Of a stretch of DNA of 40,368 nt, positions 12,607-24,781 are shown one piece after another (the first letter of the stretch is position 1; each line of letters begins with the position of its first letter). Origin of the DNA: Hydrurus foetidus (taxonomy: Eukaryota). Position numbers and translations under genes: made by a program. The stretch is from assembly GCA_900617105.1 (NCBI GenBank), contig UYFQ01000226.1, positions 1 through 40,368 of the forward strand, written 5' to 3'. The notes under the pieces were generated by a model. The model did not search any database. It saw only the letters and a list, made by a program, of their open reading frames with translations, and had not been told where the DNA came from.

Positions 12607-13866
12607 GGACAACCGGAATAATTTCTAGGTATCGTTTCTCATTCTCATGGAGTGCCACTTTTATCAGGCCATTATTCAATTCTTCCTTCCCCTTTTCTCC
12701 ATTTGACACGCAATTTAAACATTCCCCTCGGCAGAATGCGCGACTCCATTGAAATTGAGAAATATTTGCGTTACACAAATTCGTGAGGTCGGGCCAAGAT
12801 CAACTCTAGTCCCAAGTCCTCTGTATGATCTACATGCATTCTAATCATTGTGAGGATGAATATTGCAAGGTTGTATACTATGGCCCTCACAGTCCGCCTC
12901 TCTCATCCATACGCGGAATCACACGAAATTGCTCTAGGACTGATTCAGCGCACTTCACTTTCTCATAATGTCTTCATCACTATTTTTTTCGCCTACATGA
13001 CATGTTCAGCTTTAAATATTGAAATGTTAATGCCTTTCTCGTACATTATATATAGTACGACTACTTTGCTCGATACCGTCCTTACTATACTCGACATTGA
13101 AGCACATTACATGACGTGAAACATCTCACATGCACATGACGCGTAGACCTCTGTTACTCGCATTCTCTTAGAGTACATCCATGATAAAATTTAGTGCGAG
13201 TCGCGCACCTGCATTTCTTGGCAACAATCAATTTTGGTGCTAATCTTCAGCAAGTCGCCAACTTAATACTTCAAATAAATTCAGCTCATATCAGACCTTC
13301 AGTTTTGCTTGATGCGATAGGCAAAATATCCTGCAAGATAAAGCTTTTAAAAGAATGCTGCTCTCTGCAAATTCAGTAGACTTGTTCATCAAATGGATGT
13401 ATTCTCATCTACAGGAGCAGTATTCGTAAATTCTATACGCTATCTGATCTCCTGATCTATGAAGAAATTCCTCGTCATCTTATTCATACTTACTATCGGA
13501 GTTATGCTATTAAGGAGATGAGGATCCAACGGCTGCACTGTTGAATACTGCACAAAACATTCGAGACTGAAATGTAGTTGAGGAGTTCAATCTCACTCAG
13601 TACATCCATGACGACATTGAAGGACATTTGGTACACTTCTCTCGAAAAAATAGTCCGAGACTGTCACGAAATCCTGCGCGCGTCACACTAAAACTCTGCT
13701 TCACTCTTCTGTCCAGCAAACAGGAAGCTGGAAGATTGCTTGAACAAAACTAAATATATCCTACTCTCGAAGCAGAAATACGTGACCTCAGCAGACTGCA
13801 TTACAGAAGCCTTCTATCAAAGATAACCTACATCATCCAGCCTTTCCGCCAACTCTATCAGCGAAA

Positions 13867-14330
13867 ATGGCCTCTCGAACAAAGATGTTCACCGGCTTCC
13901 GCAACAAGTTCTGGAAAACGAAGACTTTAATGGTACCTACAACAGCCCCAAACTCTACACCTGCAACTGAGCTCCAAAAATGCAACAGGGTTTAACTCCT
14001 TCTTTTTGCTACTTTTCAGGAGGTCCTGAGGTTCTCGATGTACATAACGGTCCCAGTATTTTCGTCCTGCATCTATGCAAACCCGGAGCGTATGCATAAG
14101 ATAAGTAAGTGACATCTGCTACAGCTCACCATGACTTGACATACCTTCTGACCTGTTCTACCTTGCTTTTTTCTTCCCTAGTAACATATTTGAAGCTGGT
14201 TGAGTACCCCGTGGCCGTCACTGACATTCCTCTTGGAGATGACATTTTCAAGATTCGCGATGAGAATAATGCACTAGTGGAGAAGTTCAGGCAGATGACA
14301 GCGGACGAGAAAGAGAAAGGAAAGAAATAA
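13867..14330 (+). CDS. PET100: PET100-like cytochrome c oxidase assembly factor (99 aa)
   Basis: Exons 13867-13932, 14020-14104 and 14182-14330 splice in frame to MASRTKMFTGFRNKFWKTKTLMEVLRFSMYITVPVFSSCIYANPERMHKII...EYP...KK. The EV.RF.MY.T.PV motif with a charged tail resembles Pet100. Confidence 0.7.
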
Positions 14331-14628
14331 CGGTCCCTAAAATAAGTGAAGTTATGGCTAAAGGCCCAGGGACTCTGCAGGGAATCGACATTTGTATACC
14401 GTTGTTCATATCCGTATCAAGGATGCAGAAGACATTAAGCATTTTCACAGTCTAGTTGTCTATAGAAATCTTGTACTACTTGTAAATTAATGTCTGAATG
14501 AGTCATCCCATTCAACGATAATAGTAGCTTTTAATTGAAGCGAAGATGCCTGACAGACGGAAATTCTCATCGCATATAAAACAGAGGGAGAACTTGAATT
14601 CACACAGTCTATACAAATAGAATCAGCC

Positions 14629-17600
14629 TTACAATGCAGAGCCAAGAAAGTCTTTATTAAATGATAAATTGGGGGTGAGGGCCTCTGGTCCCCTATCCTT
14701 GGCTCCAATAGACCGTGCAATTCTTAGTATATCACCGACTATTCCTGATGCTGTGTTTGCAGAGTCAGAGAGGGGACCCTGCACAACTAGGGGACTTTGT
14801 CTATACCTCTCGGTGTGGAATGAGAAGTGATATGTCGCCCCCTTGACCATGGCATGCGCAGACTTGAGAGGCACTTCTTCCAACCTGACGGATGCCTTTG
14901 CCTGATGAAAGGTAAGACAGGAAGAAATTACACGGCAATTCACTGACGAACCGTCTACGCGTACGGTGGCTTACCTGTACGGGCGAGCCACTTCCAAACC
15001 CAGCGGGAGTTGAGCACTCGATCCTCTGCACGTATCGCAGAGTGCACCCTTTTGAATGAGCCTCCTTCGCCCTTCTAGCCATGATGATATCTTCGGCTGC
15101 GAAGACAACTTTCAAGTCTTGCCATGACTCCACTTTGCGCCTTGTTGCGAGGGGCTCCACCGCTATGTCTTCGATGCTCATGGGACAGCCCAGCTCTCTG
15201 CCCAGAATGAGCAGTTTCTGCGCTGCTTCTGTGCCTTCAAGATCGACAAACACGTCATCCTCGAACAGTCCTGTTGAATATGTTTTCTCTACAGCTGCTG
15301 AGAAACTCAATCCATCCTCACACACAGCGGAGAGAATGACCCCAGCTGACACGGACATCAAACCGACTATTGAATGCACTGCATCGCCACTGCACAGCAA
15401 GTCGTTGAGGGTAGTCTGGATAGGCAGGGCTGCTCCAATCGTTACTTCGGACATGTACATACGATTGTTCGTTCGCACTGCTGAGTAAACTGCATTATAC
15501 AATTCCAGTGATGATGATATTGCTCGTTTATTGGCAGTGACGACATGTGCACCGCTACGTAGCCAATGTGGATGTAGACCAGCGATGCCGAAATCCGTTG
15601 TGGCATCGATGATGATCAAATGAGGAGTGCTACCTACAGACAAGAAATAGGGATAGAAGCAAAGTGTTAGAGAAAGAAGCCCATCGACCTTGAGCTGATA
15701 TTAGTTTATTTCGATCTTAAATCTCCCCTTTAAGAAATGTAGCGGATTGAGATTGATCACAAACCTTACCTGATTGGACGTGTGTGAGGAAAGCGTCCAT
15801 ATCTACAGCACATTTTCCTGGCCCATCTTCTTGAAAAGCTGCTGTGATGTTCTGCAGGAAGTCATTTGAATGAGCTCTTCTCAGTCCCCCTACAGGCTGT
15901 CTAGCTGAAGTTGAGGCGTCAGAAAAATGGATCATTTTTGTCTTTAGTTGTTCGACCAAATTCGCTCCTAAAAGCATTTTCTTCGAGTTTGCTATTCCTC
16001 TAATGTTCAAGTTGATTCCGAATCTCTCTGACAACATTTGGATCTGCTCCATGACAGCTTGTAGTACAGCACTTCCCACTCGTCCTGTCCCCACTATGCC
16101 GATGCTCAGGTCAAGGGATGACAGCCAAAATGCAGAGTGCACCGCCCTTAGAGCACGGGTAGCGTCCTTGCCGTACACCACAGCAGATATATTGCGCTCA
16201 TCACATCCCTGGGAGATACTCAGCACATTGATGCGTGCGTCACCAAGTGCACCGAAGAATATTCCGGACACACCCGGCATGTTGCTCATGCTCTCCCCCA
16301 CAGCTGCGATGATGGAACAGTCCTCTATCACTCGCACTCGGGTTACTAGACCTTGTTTCAACTCATAGAAAAATGCCTCCTCAACAGCAACCTTTGCTGC
16401 AACTGTTGAGATTGATTTCGTAGCGAAGCATATGCTGTGCTCTGAGGATGCCTGAGCGATGTACATCACAGATATGTTCGCTGACTTCAGCGCACCTACG
16501 TTGCACAGTTATCATTTTACGTGATACATAGGTATTAGCTGCAATAGCGAATATTCTTCTTCAGATCTAGTTGTGCAACTAACAGCTGCCGCAAGATAGA
16601 GGAGAGTATTACAGTATAGTAAATTCTATCAGCATCAGTATGATCGGCTTTACGAAGTACGTGTCATAGCAGAGCAGGTGGTAGAGTATTTGAGCTACCA
16701 TCAAATATAAATCTGTGAACGCACCGAAAAGTCTCTGTGCTATTCCGGGGACACCTATCATGCCAGTGCCTTCGATGTTCAATAACGAAATATTGTCAAC
16801 CGTGCTGAATCCACATACACACTTCTCTCTCATCAATTCTCCTGTCGTGTGAAAAATTGCGTCAAAAGGTGTGCATCAAATCATTTCTCTACGAGCTATT
16901 TAAATGTAGATTTAAACTCATGCTGTTACCTTTCGCTCTTGGAACGAATATCCGCGTTCCGCCTTCTGAAGGCGCAAAAGTGTTCCGAATATAAATCGGA
17001 ATTTGGTTTGAGATTGCTGGTGCCATCCTAAAAGTTCATAATCAACAACTTCATAAGATATCAATTGATGGTCATTGACAGAAATTCCTAAGAAGCCGTA
17101 TAGGTCGATCTTTTTAAACAGGGTCAAAGAAAATACGAAGATACGTAGATTTTTCTTACGTCTTCGGGTGGAGGACTTTCGCACCAAAGTATGCCAACTC
17201 AATGGCCTCGGTGTAAGACACTTCAGGTATTATCTGCGCCTCCGGTACTTTACGAGGATCCGCTGAGTAGACACCGCTTACGTCCGTCCAGATAGTGATT
17301 CCCGAAGCTCTTAGCATTTTTCCGAATATTGATGCGGAGAAATCGCTGCCATCCCTCTTAAGTGTGGTGGCGACTCCAGTTAGGGAAGATGCAATATAGC
17401 CTGTAATCATTAGATGTGGCAGTCTGACTGCTGAATCTTTGGAGAGTGCTTTTCCTTGATCTGTCAGCATGAAATCTGCGTCTGCTTGGGAAACAAATCT
17501 TTTTAGCTTTTCCTCCGACTCCTCCCAATGAACCTTGGTGCCTAGACTGTCCTCACTGACTAGTAAGACATCTCTGGCGTTGACGAAGATGAAAGGCATA

Positions 17601-18073
17601 TTTTCGCACTTCATGGCTTCTGTCATGATACTGGCCGACCAGATTTCACCATACCCGCTGACAATTTCCAATATCTGATCATGCGGTGTTTTGATCAATG
17701 TGACAGCCTTCAACAATACAGCGATATCAGCTAAATCTGCTTTGATTTGCAATAGTATTCTTTCAGCGGCCGCGGGCACCTTCGACAAGATTTCACCCAC
17801 ACAAATCTGGTGTTTTCTATGGATTTCACTGAGTTTCTCAGTGATTTCATCCTGACGATCAAAAGCTGCAGCATGCACCGAGTCAAGTAGCAAATCTGTC
17901 ACTTTCGGCTTCCCTCCCATTGCAGAAACAACGACTGCAACACGCTGCGACTTCATCAATGGTTTAATAATTTCAATACATTGCCTCATACAGTCCGCGC
18001 TGCCAACGGAAGTGCCTCCGAATTTATGCACCACCCAGTCTCCATCCGCAAACTCAGGCGCTTCTGCCGACAT
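14629..18073 (-). CDS. Bifunctional aspartokinase / homoserine dehydrogenase (ThrA-like; AK-ACT-ACT-HSDH)
   Basis: Six exons: 18073-17160, 17027-16930, 16841-16725, 16495-15770, 15633-14975, 14901-14629. Motifs [44 protein letters not shown], two ACT domains, GTGRVG and HVVTANK. Confidence 0.97.
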
Positions 18074-18312
18074 TTTCTTCGCGACGCTAACAGATTAGAG
18101 AAATTTAGTGACTTTCAATTAGAGTCAGGTCCGTCAGAGAACGATATAAGTTATAAATCGAATTCTCTAGTGGTTGATTGATCGATCCCGATCCCAGAAA
18201 CAACTTCAGAAGTGGATTGAAGATTGAAGAAGCGAAGAAGTTACCGTACAATTTGAACCCCTCCGGTATGAAATGTGCGGTGTGGGGTGTGGGTGTTTCT
18301 TAAAATCTCTTA

Positions 18313-18350
18313 CTGGGCGGCGCAGTCTTATCTAGAATAATCACGTCCTA
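18313..18350 (+). repeat. Left terminal inverted repeat
   Basis: CTGGGCGGCGCAGTCTTATCTAGAATAATCACGTCCTA. Confidence 0.95.
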
Positions 18351-18556
18351 AAATTTTTCCCTAGGGGATATAGGCAAAACTTTTCAAAAATGCAAAACTT
18401 TTTGTAAGGCATGAAATAGACATTTTTCAGGACTGAGAGTGAGAATGCCCAAAGCGTGTATGTATTGTGGTGCCACCATATGAAAGAATTTTGAAAAAAG
18501 AATTATACAAGGCTTTTTTATATATAATTATTCTCAAAAATTAAGTAAATGCACTT

Positions 18557-21500
18557 TTATTTATTACGTACTCTATTTTCTAGTTTCTTCAATAATTCCA
18601 TTTTACTGATGTCATTACAAGGGAGCGAAGAGAATTCCCCTGTTCCGTGCATATTTAAAAAATCAATGTCAGAGTTACAAACTAGGTTTTTAGCGTCTGT
18701 TTTCTTACTCCTTTTATTCCTCTTCTTCGATCCGCTAACTAAATCAGTCTCAACGATGATACCAGCAAGGTTGTTGTCCTGCAAAGTATTGCTCTCCGCT
18801 TCATTTACATTTTCTATATCCTCATCATTAACATGTTCATTCATTTCATCATTGTCATCATTATCATTGTCGTTATTATCTCGAGTCTCTATCTCTTCAA
18901 TTACATCTTCATCTTCATCTGCCTCTCCTCCATCGTTATTTATTTTCGCTCTCTTTGCATACGTTCTCTTTGCGATAACTGTGAATGATTTATATGGCCA
19001 GCCTTTCTCGTGGCACACGGCACATAGTGGAAATTGATTTGCAACAATAGGATTCGAGGAACTATCACCACATTGAGAACAAGTCCTTTTGTGCTGATCC
19101 AATTTGTATACTTTCTCATCTACTGAGTGTAGACAGCTCACTGATAAGTATCCAGAATACGTTTGACAATACGGACGAATACAAGCCTTACTAACTTGCA
19201 CCGATGATGCTGATTCTGAAAAATCCGTACCACAAGTGTAAGTTTGTGATTGATTTTCTAAGAAAGCATTTACCTGAGATTTATCGTCTTCTTTTATTTT
19301 CGTTCCTCCCACGAGAAAAACCGATCTAGGTTTGCCACAGTTCTTGCATCTTATCGTTGTGTACAGATTCTTGATGACACATAAAGATGATGATTTAATT
19401 TCAGCACCTATAATATAAGTATAAAAGATATAATTTCAGTGACACGTCGGTTGGGTATGAAGATTAATACAACCATATAAAAATAGTGCACCTTTGGTAT
19501 TGACCGGGGAGACTGTCCATTTACTTTTCGCTTCAACAACACTTAGGCTCGGGACATATTTGTCCCCAGCATTTGACTCGCCATTGTCGATTCGATATTT
19601 CGCCAAAGAATACGGCAAGTATTCAGAACTTTGTTTCTTACTCATAATATCTTTAACTGGACAAGGCATGAATTCAGAGAGAGCTAACAAAGAGAGCAAT
19701 TGCTGAGGCCGTTGACAATTGAAGGGACATGACGGATGGCTTTCACCAATGAAGTCATCTGGATTTCTACCTGACTTGATTTCCTCTACTGCTGTCACTT
19801 TCCAACAGACTGCTTTGATCTGAAAAGTGTATGCAGATTTGAAACAGTGTGTTGAAATATACTCGTTTACACTCTTCGGTTTTTTGTATAGTTCCTTCAT
19901 TTTATTTGATGTGAATACATCTGATTGTTTGAAATTCGGTACTAAATATTCTCCTGTGGCTGGTTCTAGAGATGATAAGGATTGTACAAATTCACATAGA
20001 TCTGAATTGCCTGCAATATATCCACGTTTTATCTCATTATCAGCCCACACTAAGTTTTGAAATCTTAGAGCCATCTCTTCGCATGCACCTCCAATTGACT
20101 CCATAGCTGCGTTATGAAAATCCACGTTAGCTTCTAGTCTTTCCCTAAGCCCAGATAAGCCATTAGAAGATCTCCAATGCTGCTCTAACCATTCTGTATC
20201 ATTTTCATTAGATTCCATGCTCGCTGAACTTGAGCCTTTATCACTCATGCGCATAGGTAATCGTGTGAAGCACATACTATAAAGAGCCAAGTTGAGATTC
20301 GACATAACTCTCTCCACTTCATTTGTCCAGCTATTCTGGGGGCATGACCTTCCAACTATAAGTTGATCGAATTCTAGCATACGGAACATAAGTATTAGAC
20401 CAATTTGTACTGACAGGAATGTCAAATTGTGTTCCGGTCCACCATCTGTCAATAGAAATCCCATAGACTGCTCTTGTGATTTCTCTCTCTGAAGCAAAAG
20501 GCCTAGTTCAGTGTGAGCTCTTACGATCGTACTCGGTTGCATTGTACTGCTTTTTACTGCAACGTACACTTGACCATGATAAAATGACTCGGTGGGATCC
20601 TCAGGTATATCACATAGCAATGTGACCGTGGGTACAGCGTTATCACGGTTAGATCCTGCATCGTGATCCCCACCTCCAAATAAAGTTTGGCATCCCACAC
20701 CACTAACAGGATGTATAGTAGGTTTGTTTCGCTCTGTTGCTAACGCTTGTCGTCCTGGTTCTCCAATTGGTACCTGTAAATAAAGAAAAAGAATAAACGA
20801 AATTGACTAATTTAATAAAAAATCTGCTGATTTTATTGCCCACCTTATTTTTGTCGTCCACTTGAATAAACATTGAGATATCCCTGTTCTCAACCGCATA
20901 CTCTTTCATATACTTTTTCACAATTTGTGTGTATTCAAAGTCAACGTGCTTTACATGATTAGATCTTCCGGATAACGAGAGTTGAAACGGTAAATTAGAG
21001 AAGTATCTGTCCGCTTTCATTACGTACTTATTCTTTGGTGTAAACTGTTTGAGTAAATAATCATACGACGGAATCATTTCATAAGCTTCTTGAACATTTC
21101 CGAGATTTTGGTATATGTCTTTGGAAACTAAGCGATGGAGTTCTCTGACAGATGTGACGTGGGTCACAACCTCCCGACTGCCGTGCCTTTTTGCTAAGGC
21201 TCCTTCGACGCGCTTCATGCACAATGCATTGCACATTTTAAAGAATTCCTCAAACTTTCTAGGTTTCTCAATTATGTCGCAAATATCTATGACGACTGAT
21301 GAATCGACTGCACCTTGTGACAAAATGACAGATGCTAAGTCTGAAGGTACTTTCATTTTGTCATATTTTAATCTCTGTAGTACAGATTGCAATTTGAGAC
21401 TCATTGCCGAAATTCCTGTTCCATCACTCATGATGTCTTGAATGTTTAATCGAATATGTTCCAAGGCTGAATCTTTGATGTCATCGCTGATTTTTTTTAA

Positions 21501-23085
21501 AACTTCCGAATATTTTTTCAACACCTCCGGACTAGTCACATTGGCCCCAAGCGGTAAAGATATTAGATATCTAATAAACCTGTGATCACTCTCATTCTCT
21601 CGTTTGACCATTATGAAAGGTCTTCCAAAGTGGGAACCGTTTACTTTGTCTACAACTGACTTGTAGTAAAGAAATCTTTGTCGTCTACCCTATTATCATA
21701 GATTTAATAAGAAATTAATTGATAATGTATTGCCAAATAATACAAATGATCAAGCATTATTCAATACAAGAAGTACTTAAATCTCCACTTACTTTATTTT
21801 CAAACGAATGCAATGCCAAATATTCATACTCTGCAGCCTTTGCGAAGGCGTTTGTCACCTCGACATAATTGGGTCCAACTGGACAGAAAGGACCTAAATG
21901 AATCATCTCGATGTGCATTGAGGTAGTCCAACAATAGCTGTTTAACTCAATCAAAGCTCTACGTTCGAATTGATTCTCAGTTTTCTTCCGATTACTTACT
22001 ATTCTCCTAGAATTCGAAATTTTGTGACGCATCAGAAACTGCATCAATGCATCAAATCGAAGCTTCATATTAGTCCATGGGGGACATATACAATAACACA
22101 ATAGGTCAGAACTGACAATCCTTTTAAGACTTTCAATGATTTTGTCACAACCTAATTGAGTTAACAAATAAATGGAGTTAATAATTTTCAAGTAGATTTA
22201 GTAATAGTTAGTTTAATGATTAGTATAATCAAGTAAGTAACTAATTAATCAGTTAATAATGAATATTAATAATTTATGAATAATCTAATTCATTAATACA
22301 ATAATTATGATAATTAATGGAATAATTGTGCGAATTAGTTTGATTCTTATAGTAATTATTTGATTGTAAAATATCGTACCTCTATTATCAATTTGATTTT
22401 CATCGTCATGGTTTGAAAAGCCGCGCAATGAAGGTGAATTGAAAAACGGTCCCAAAACAGAGCAAGACGCAAAACTGGAATCAGCTGCTACAATTTTGGA
22501 CCATCGAAAATTAAGTCTGCTCAGTAACAAGCAAAATCTCTCGAAAAAGATGTACAGTGCGTGATTGCGGTCCTGAACAACTGCCTTCGTGAACCGAACC
22601 TCATTAGCTCTGAAAAGCAGACCAATGGTACAGTCCCATTGCCTCTCTAAAAACGGTTGATGAGAAACTGAGCGATGTATATCTAGGGCACACCATTCAC
22701 AACGAGACAACGGTAAAAAATCCCCCTTTTCTTCGCCCTCTCTGGCGGCGCGAATTGACGCTCGATCAGGAGGTGATAGGAACATGTTGAATAGCGCGAC
22801 TTTTCCCGTCTCTATTTCCACTGGAACAGTTTTCTGACTGCGATGTAGCTGGAAAGTTACGTGGAAAATCTTTGAGAAGTCGAGAAGTAATAAATGCCAA
22901 AGCTCCGTCAAATCAGAAATTGAGACGGACATGATCTGTTCGCTATCTGCCAATTTGCCATTGAGAATCACCAGATCTAGACCGCGAGATACCAAGTGTG
23001 GGAGGTGGCTGAAAGTAGTCGAGGACAAAATGATGAAAACTTCGATCAAGTTCGACTCGGGAGGAAAAGAAACTGAGCTCTGCAT
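18557..23085 (-). CDS. DDE transposase, 1347 aa, 5 exons, with C-terminal Cys-rich zinc-binding region
   Basis: Exons 23085-22380, 22151-21793, 21689-20844, 20773-19492 and 19407-18557 total 4044 nt with consistent phases and no internal stop. Motifs QVDDKNK/VPIGEPG, DHD, TDGGPEH and PQNSWTNEVERVMS; C-terminal CKNCGKPR, YTCG, CSQC and LCAVC. Confidence 0.88.
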
Positions 23086-23162
23086 GCAGAGGTCTCGAGT
23101 TCGATCTTTCGAAAGTTTTGCATATGAGAACAAGTTTTGCCCATCTCGAGTCCGGGATTCAG

Positions 23163-23200
23163 TAGGACGTGATTATTCTAGATAAGACTGCGCCGCCCTG
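23163..23200 (-). repeat. Right terminal inverted repeat
   Basis: Reverse complement is CAGGGCGGCGCAGTCTTATCTAGAATAATCACGTCCTA. Confidence 0.95.
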
Positions 23201-23202
23201 TA

Positions 23203-23496
23203 GCTGTAATGATTTCAATAATAAGCTAACTGTTGCTGATATGAAAGCGCTGAACAAAAAAAAAACTTGAAAAAAATATAATTAACTTTATTCTCGTCAC
23301 TGGTAGACATTTTTCCTGTTTTTCTGCACGACAATAACTGCCAACACAGTTGGGTAGAAGAAATAGCTTTCAAATATTCATGGCTGGGCAAAATGAAAAA
23401 CTTTTGAAAAAAATGAAACTTTTGCCAATATCCCCCCCCCCCTAGGGATTTTTTTTGGTGACGCGTTTATTTAACTTAATACTGCGCGGCCCAGTA
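23203..23496 (-). mobile_element. Orphan diverged end of a related transposon
   Basis: The reverse complement from 23496 reads TA-CTGGGCCGCGCAGTATTAAG...CCCTAGGG...GATATTGGCAAAAGTTT, paralleling the left end TA-CTGGGCGGCGCAGTCTTA...CCCTAGGGGATATAGGCAAAACTTT over ~100 bp. Confidence 0.75.
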
Positions 23497-24781
23497 CAGT
23501 CGATCGAGTTTCTCAAAGCTCAGTCAGAATTCAGAACGGATAACAACCTCGAACTCAGCGTTCTACAGCATTTGAGCATTTGAACTGTGAACATCTAGAA
23601 ATGATCTGCTGATGCCACAGTCGTTATACAATGTTTAGCTTTGGGATTCGAAAGAGTAGTATGAATTCCACACACAAATCTTAAAAGTGATCTGAAGTTA
23701 AGTTGTAGAACCTTTTTATATCTTACCGTATTTCTTCAATTTTCAATAAAAATCTAGTTCTTTGTAGTTGATACATCGCACACCAGCACTTTCATCCCCC
23801 TTCTCACGAAAGTCGCTTTTTCGGCATCTCTTACATCTTTCATCTTCTTTTCTTGACAGCTATTAAGCTTGCACACATTTGCATAGATACGACTTAAAAG
23901 TAACTGTTCACGTTCCTCATTATTTCTATCGATAAATGCTGAGTTCAGCCGATTATTGGTTGCCCAACCGTCTCAAGGATACACCAGCAGCGTTCTGCTC
24001 ATTTTTGATTGATCTACTGAGGTGTCGATACCACTTCAGAACATTTCTAATTCCTTGAACTGATGGCACTTAAGGTATTTGCCCAACCGCGCTAGAAGCG
24101 ACACGATAGTCATCCTCCACCTTGTGCTTCGTTCTCTCACTGCGCTCAATTGATCTCACTGCCCTCATAACGCCGTTGAGGGCAGGTTGATGATGGGACA
24201 CTGAAATTACGTTGCATGCGCACACGCGTTGTGCTTGCAACTGATGGAGGTTCCAAAAATCTGGTTGATTTGGGACTCATATGCTTGCTGCATTCAATTA
24301 TCCACTTCGAATCAAAATTTCAGGTTTTTTCTTACGTGATATCGATGATTTTTATTACGTCGTTAAAAAGAGATCAAATTATGTGGTCAGGACTATGAAG
24401 AAATCAACAGGCATTCACGTAAAATATTATCGATAAATTTAACTCATAATCTGTCGAGTTGGAATCGATTAAAAGGCTAACATCTTACAGAAAAACATTT
24501 TATCTTGATGGCTCATGGTACGCAAAGAAACGTAGAAATGTGTTTCCAAAAATTTTCGAAGTACGCGTTGATTTCGGGTCTTGCACTGTTCGAAAATTGA
24601 TGCGGAGCGAAAACGAGAATCAACGTATGATATGCGTTTAACAGTAAAGACCTTGACTGCTAAACTGAATACCAATTATTCGATTTGTTTTGATGAAGAT
24701 CAGAATATTGCAGGGTGGAAAGCTGTGGGATGTCCACACACTTTCATGGGCGCTGTGGGATAGCGCAGGATATGAATAGCC

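Larger units (their letters stand above)
18313..23200 (-). mobile_element. Autonomous-looking DNA transposon, Zator/TP36-like D43E transposase with TA flanks
   Basis: 38-bp TIRs at 18313-18350 and 23163-23200 differ at one position (CTGGGCGG... vs CAGGGCGG...). TA lies at 18311-12 and 23201-02. Paired GCAAAACTT subterminal motifs occur at both ends, and there is a single internal spliced ORF. Confidence 0.9.

Noticed and set aside
15081..16368. Plus-strand ORFs of 121-135 aa (and similar antisense ORFs over other genes)
   Set aside because: Antisense shadows of well-supported coding exons.
18557..23085. Sola3 or Tc1/mariner assignment of the transposase
   Set aside because: The D43E spacing and DDK/DHD/DGGP/NxVER motifs fit Zator/TP36 better than DD34E/D or the Sola motifs as I recall them.
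18311..23496. Taking 23494 as the right end of the large transposon
   Set aside because: The inner repeat at 23163-23200 matches the left TIR at 37/38, far better than the outer one, so the outer end is treated as a separate remnant.
23700..24220. Coding-like minus-strand sequence
   Set aside because: Multiple stops and no recognisable motif; cannot be supported even as a pseudogene.
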